Shown here piece by piece: positions 60,767-64,000 of a DNA stretch of 64,000 nucleotides. The stretch is from contig OZ231126.1 in assembly GCA_965153355.1 (NCBI GenBank), positions 39,246,001-39,310,000 of the forward strand. The letters run 5' to 3'. Both the position numbers and the translations under genes were made by a program. Numbering within the stretch: position 1 is the first letter of the stretch; each line of letters starts with the position of its first letter. The notes beneath the pieces were generated by a model. That model searched no databases. It saw nothing but the letters and a program-made list of their open reading frames with translations, and had not been told where the DNA came from. Source of the stretch: Flaccisagitta enflata. Its lineage: Eukaryota.

Positions 60767-61189
60767 AGGTTACAGACGGAAATGAGATACAAAAAATTAA
60801 CCCCCCAAAACCAGTAGCGACCCCCCTACAGCCACAACCACTAAATAATGAAAGGCATATTAGATAGAGAGTGAGAACATATATCAATACAATTAGTCTC
60901 ATCAGAGCAATTTCGGAATTTTATTCCCAGTGAAGAGTTACAGCTTAAAAACTAGTTAAAATTAACACTTTTTGAATGTGATCAAAAATACAATTTTTTT
61001 GCTGTTTTTTAGCTATAACTTCTTACTGGGAATGAAATTCCGAAATTGCTCTGATGAGGCTAATTATATTGATGGAAGCTTCCATTCCCTATTTTATATT
61101 TCTTTCTTCATTCCGTGGTTGAGGCTGTAGGGAGGGTGCTACAGTTTTTGGGGGGTTAACTTTTTGTATTTCACTTTCGTCTGTAACCT
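60767..61189. mobile_element. Foldback MITE with 3-bp TSD (PIF/Harbinger-like)
   Basis: AGGTTACAGACG...CGTCTGTAACCT; palindromic body; GTA on both sides. Confidence 0.75.
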
Positions 61190-61302
61190 GTAGTTAAAAA
61201 AAGTAAAAGCAACCCTTGCAGGGCAGAGAAAGAGAAAGAGAGAGAGAGAGAGAGAGCGAGAGCGAGAGAGAGAGAGAGAAGTTTTTCTGTCTGACAATAC
61301 CC

Positions 61303-61416
<114 letters not shown>

Positions 61417-61588
61417 ATTATGTGTGCGTGTTTGAGTGTGTGTGTATGTGTGTATGTGTGAGTGTGATTGAGTATGTGTGTTCGAGTGTGTTTGTTTTTG
61501 TGTGTGAGTGTATGTGTGTGTTTGAGTGTATGTGTGTGTTTGAGTGTGTGTGTGTGTGTAAACTGTGTATGTGTTTGAGTGTGTGTAA

Positions 61589-61639
<51 letters not shown>

Positions 61640-64000
61640 AAGGGGTCCAGAAAAGTACCAAAATGTAGAAATCATTAATTAAAACGACCCCTCTACCCCC
61701 AATTTTTGCGCTGAAGCCGATGGTGACAGTCCCGAGGCTGTCAAATGAACGGGCACCCCACCACCACGGCCCTGAATCGGCATAACTACATATTTTGACG
61801 TATATTCACCATTTTGGTGGCTGTTTCAGGGTATTAAAGCTGTAAAATCTCTCATACAATGATTCAGCCACTCAAACATGATCATTGCTTTCCTCCTTTA
61901 CACTCTCCATTGCCTAATGACCTAAAACTATGAATACTGAGGCTTCCTAAGCCGTTTGGGGCCCTGTATCGAGCATAAAATGGTGAAAATCTTATCAATT
62001 GTCGTAATCTGCCTTGGTAGCTATAGAGGAGTGAGAAACGACCATTGAATGAATTCTTGCCCAGTAGATTTGGATGTCGCATAGTCAAAGGGTCGTGAAA
62101 AAATCATTTCAGATTGAATTTCATGGGACTTAATTAACAGGCGTTGACCGCAATATGCTAATGAGCATATCGCCTATCTGGGTAAATTCACCTTAATCGA
62201 TTTTTTTTAGGACACCTTGTCTTCTTTTTAATTTCTAAATGGATTGATGAAAGACATGGAATTGGTTTTGTTTGAAAGAGATTTGATAATGGTATATGAA
62301 AAATGGAAAAGCAAAATGGAAGGGGGCCCCTTGAGGATTGTAAAAGGGGCTCTCTAAGGGACATAGAATGGCCGAAATATATCATAATGAAGAAATATAT
62401 CATAATGAGTATAATACCATGAGTTTTAGTCATGTTCTCAATTTCCAAATTTCAGGTAATATGGATGAACAGTTACGGTTATTAGCCCCTAGGGGCCTTA
62501 GGGGCACCGAGGGCTGCCTCTGGGACCCCAAATTGCTATACTAGCTGAAACTAAAAGTCATGAGTTTTATTGTTTTCTACTTTATTCCTTTTTGACTAGT
62601 CAACCAAGGATCGCACAAGGTCAGATGCCCTGCCTAGCATGATCAAATGAAGTTGTGGAGTGAGAGCCCTAAAGGGCCAATTTCCTGTAAGACACAAGGG
62701 TGAATATATCAGGCCTAGAGAGACTGATTGAGGTTTTTGAAGGCCAATTTAAAGTCTAGAGGGCAGATTTTTGATCTTGAGGGATGATTTGAGGTCTGGG
62801 GGGCAGGCTTGTGGCCTAAAGGACATATTTGAGGCCTGAAGACTGAAGAGCTGATTAGAGGCATGGAGGGCAGATTTGTGATCTTGAGGGCTTAGTTGAG
62901 GTCTGGAAAAGCTAATTTGAGGGCTTAGAGGGCCAAAATAAGGCTTGAGAGAGCTGATTTGAAGCCCCAATGGCCAAAATGGGATACTTGGATAGAAGAA
63001 CAGACTGAGAGACGTCTAGAAATTCACCCCTGTATCATAAAGGTCATCGGCCCTATAGGGCTGCTGCCCAAAAAAGAACTTTGCTGTCAGAAAACTTTCA
63101 TTTGGTAAAAGGAAGAGTAACAAAGGTTATTGGTCTTTTTAGGGGGCGGCATCCAGGGGCTCCGTGCAGGTAACTATGAGTATTTGAGCAGCAGGGTCTA
63201 AGTCTTGTAGAACACAGGGGGACTTTGGGTTGTTTGATTATTTGTTCTTTATCTTTGCTCTTATGACAGTTCATCCGTTCATCTGTTTGTCAGTCCCTCC
63301 CTTATCAGCTTTGTCAGACCTCCAATTGGCCATACCAAGCCTTGCATCAGCTCTCTTAGGTTTATAATCTGTCCTCAGGTCTTTAATCAATTGTCCGGCC
63401 AGGTGTCAAGCCTAGGCTTTAAGTTTGCCCTCTCCGCCCCAAGTTTGTCTCTCAGACCTTGAGCTGGCTCAAATAGGTCCAATCGGGCCTCTCAGGCTTT
63501 AAATCGACCTTCTTAGACCAATTAGGCCTCAGAATCACGCCTCTTAGTTACCATATCTTAATTGGGACCATCAATCAGCCTTCTCAACCAGAGACCTTAC
63601 TAGGACTCGAAGTAGTTAACTTTAACTAGTTAGTTAACTAGTTAATTTTCTGAAAATGGGTGTAGTTAACTAGACCAAATTAACTAGTTAAGATAGTTAA
63701 AATGAAGAATTGAAAATTGATTCGATAAGTTGTTTTAAACACTTCTAGTTATGAAAAATACATTTGTAAGACTGCTTTTTGTGAAAAAAGTACCTGCAAT
63801 TAAATTTGTGCATTTGTTCATGACTTAGACGTAGTGATGCCATTATCACCTCCTAACACCACTTTATGCCTTACAGGCGTTCATATTTTGTAAACCTTCC
63901 GAGAGGCAAAAATTTCCCCTGACTAGTTTCCGACATAGATTGTCAATAGTCAATTGTCTTGTGGTAACCTTATGTGGTAACTTACCACTGGTAAAAGGTT

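Noticed and set aside
61637..62220. Possible TTAA-flanked Kolobok-like element (TTAA AGGGGTCC...GGACACCTT)
   Set aside because: The right end lacks TTAA and the inverted match is too short.

Overview
Repeat-rich eukaryotic genomic DNA, most likely from an invertebrate animal; the species cannot be identified from the sequence. It holds two intron-rich genes, both on the minus strand. (1) A type-1 ferlin (myoferlin/dysferlin-like: multiple C2, FerI/FerA/FerB and nested DysF domains). I traced 28 frame-consistent coding exons by hand from ATG 36884 down to 2380 (6171 nt, 2057 codons); the last C2 segment and transmembrane tail appear to lie left of the window. Two of its introns use GC donors. 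(2) A very long BAHD1-like chromatin repressor with six exons from 60311 to stop 47354 (about 2450 codons; the start is uncertain). It has two RxASLNA motifs, a PxDLS motif and a BAH domain split by an approximately 110-aa insert. Introns and intergenic DNA are filled with microsatellites, at least seven families of DINE-1/HINE-like (non-autonomous Helentron-like) elements with a shared architecture, and foldback/MITE transposons with readable 2-, 3-, 4-, 8- and 9-bp target-site duplications, often nested. Most ORFs in the supplied track are microsatellite or antisense artefacts. I found no RNA genes, CRISPR arrays or transposase ORFs, and nothing I can claim as a wholly new biological system; the Helentron-like elements and the expanded BAHD1 are the best leads.
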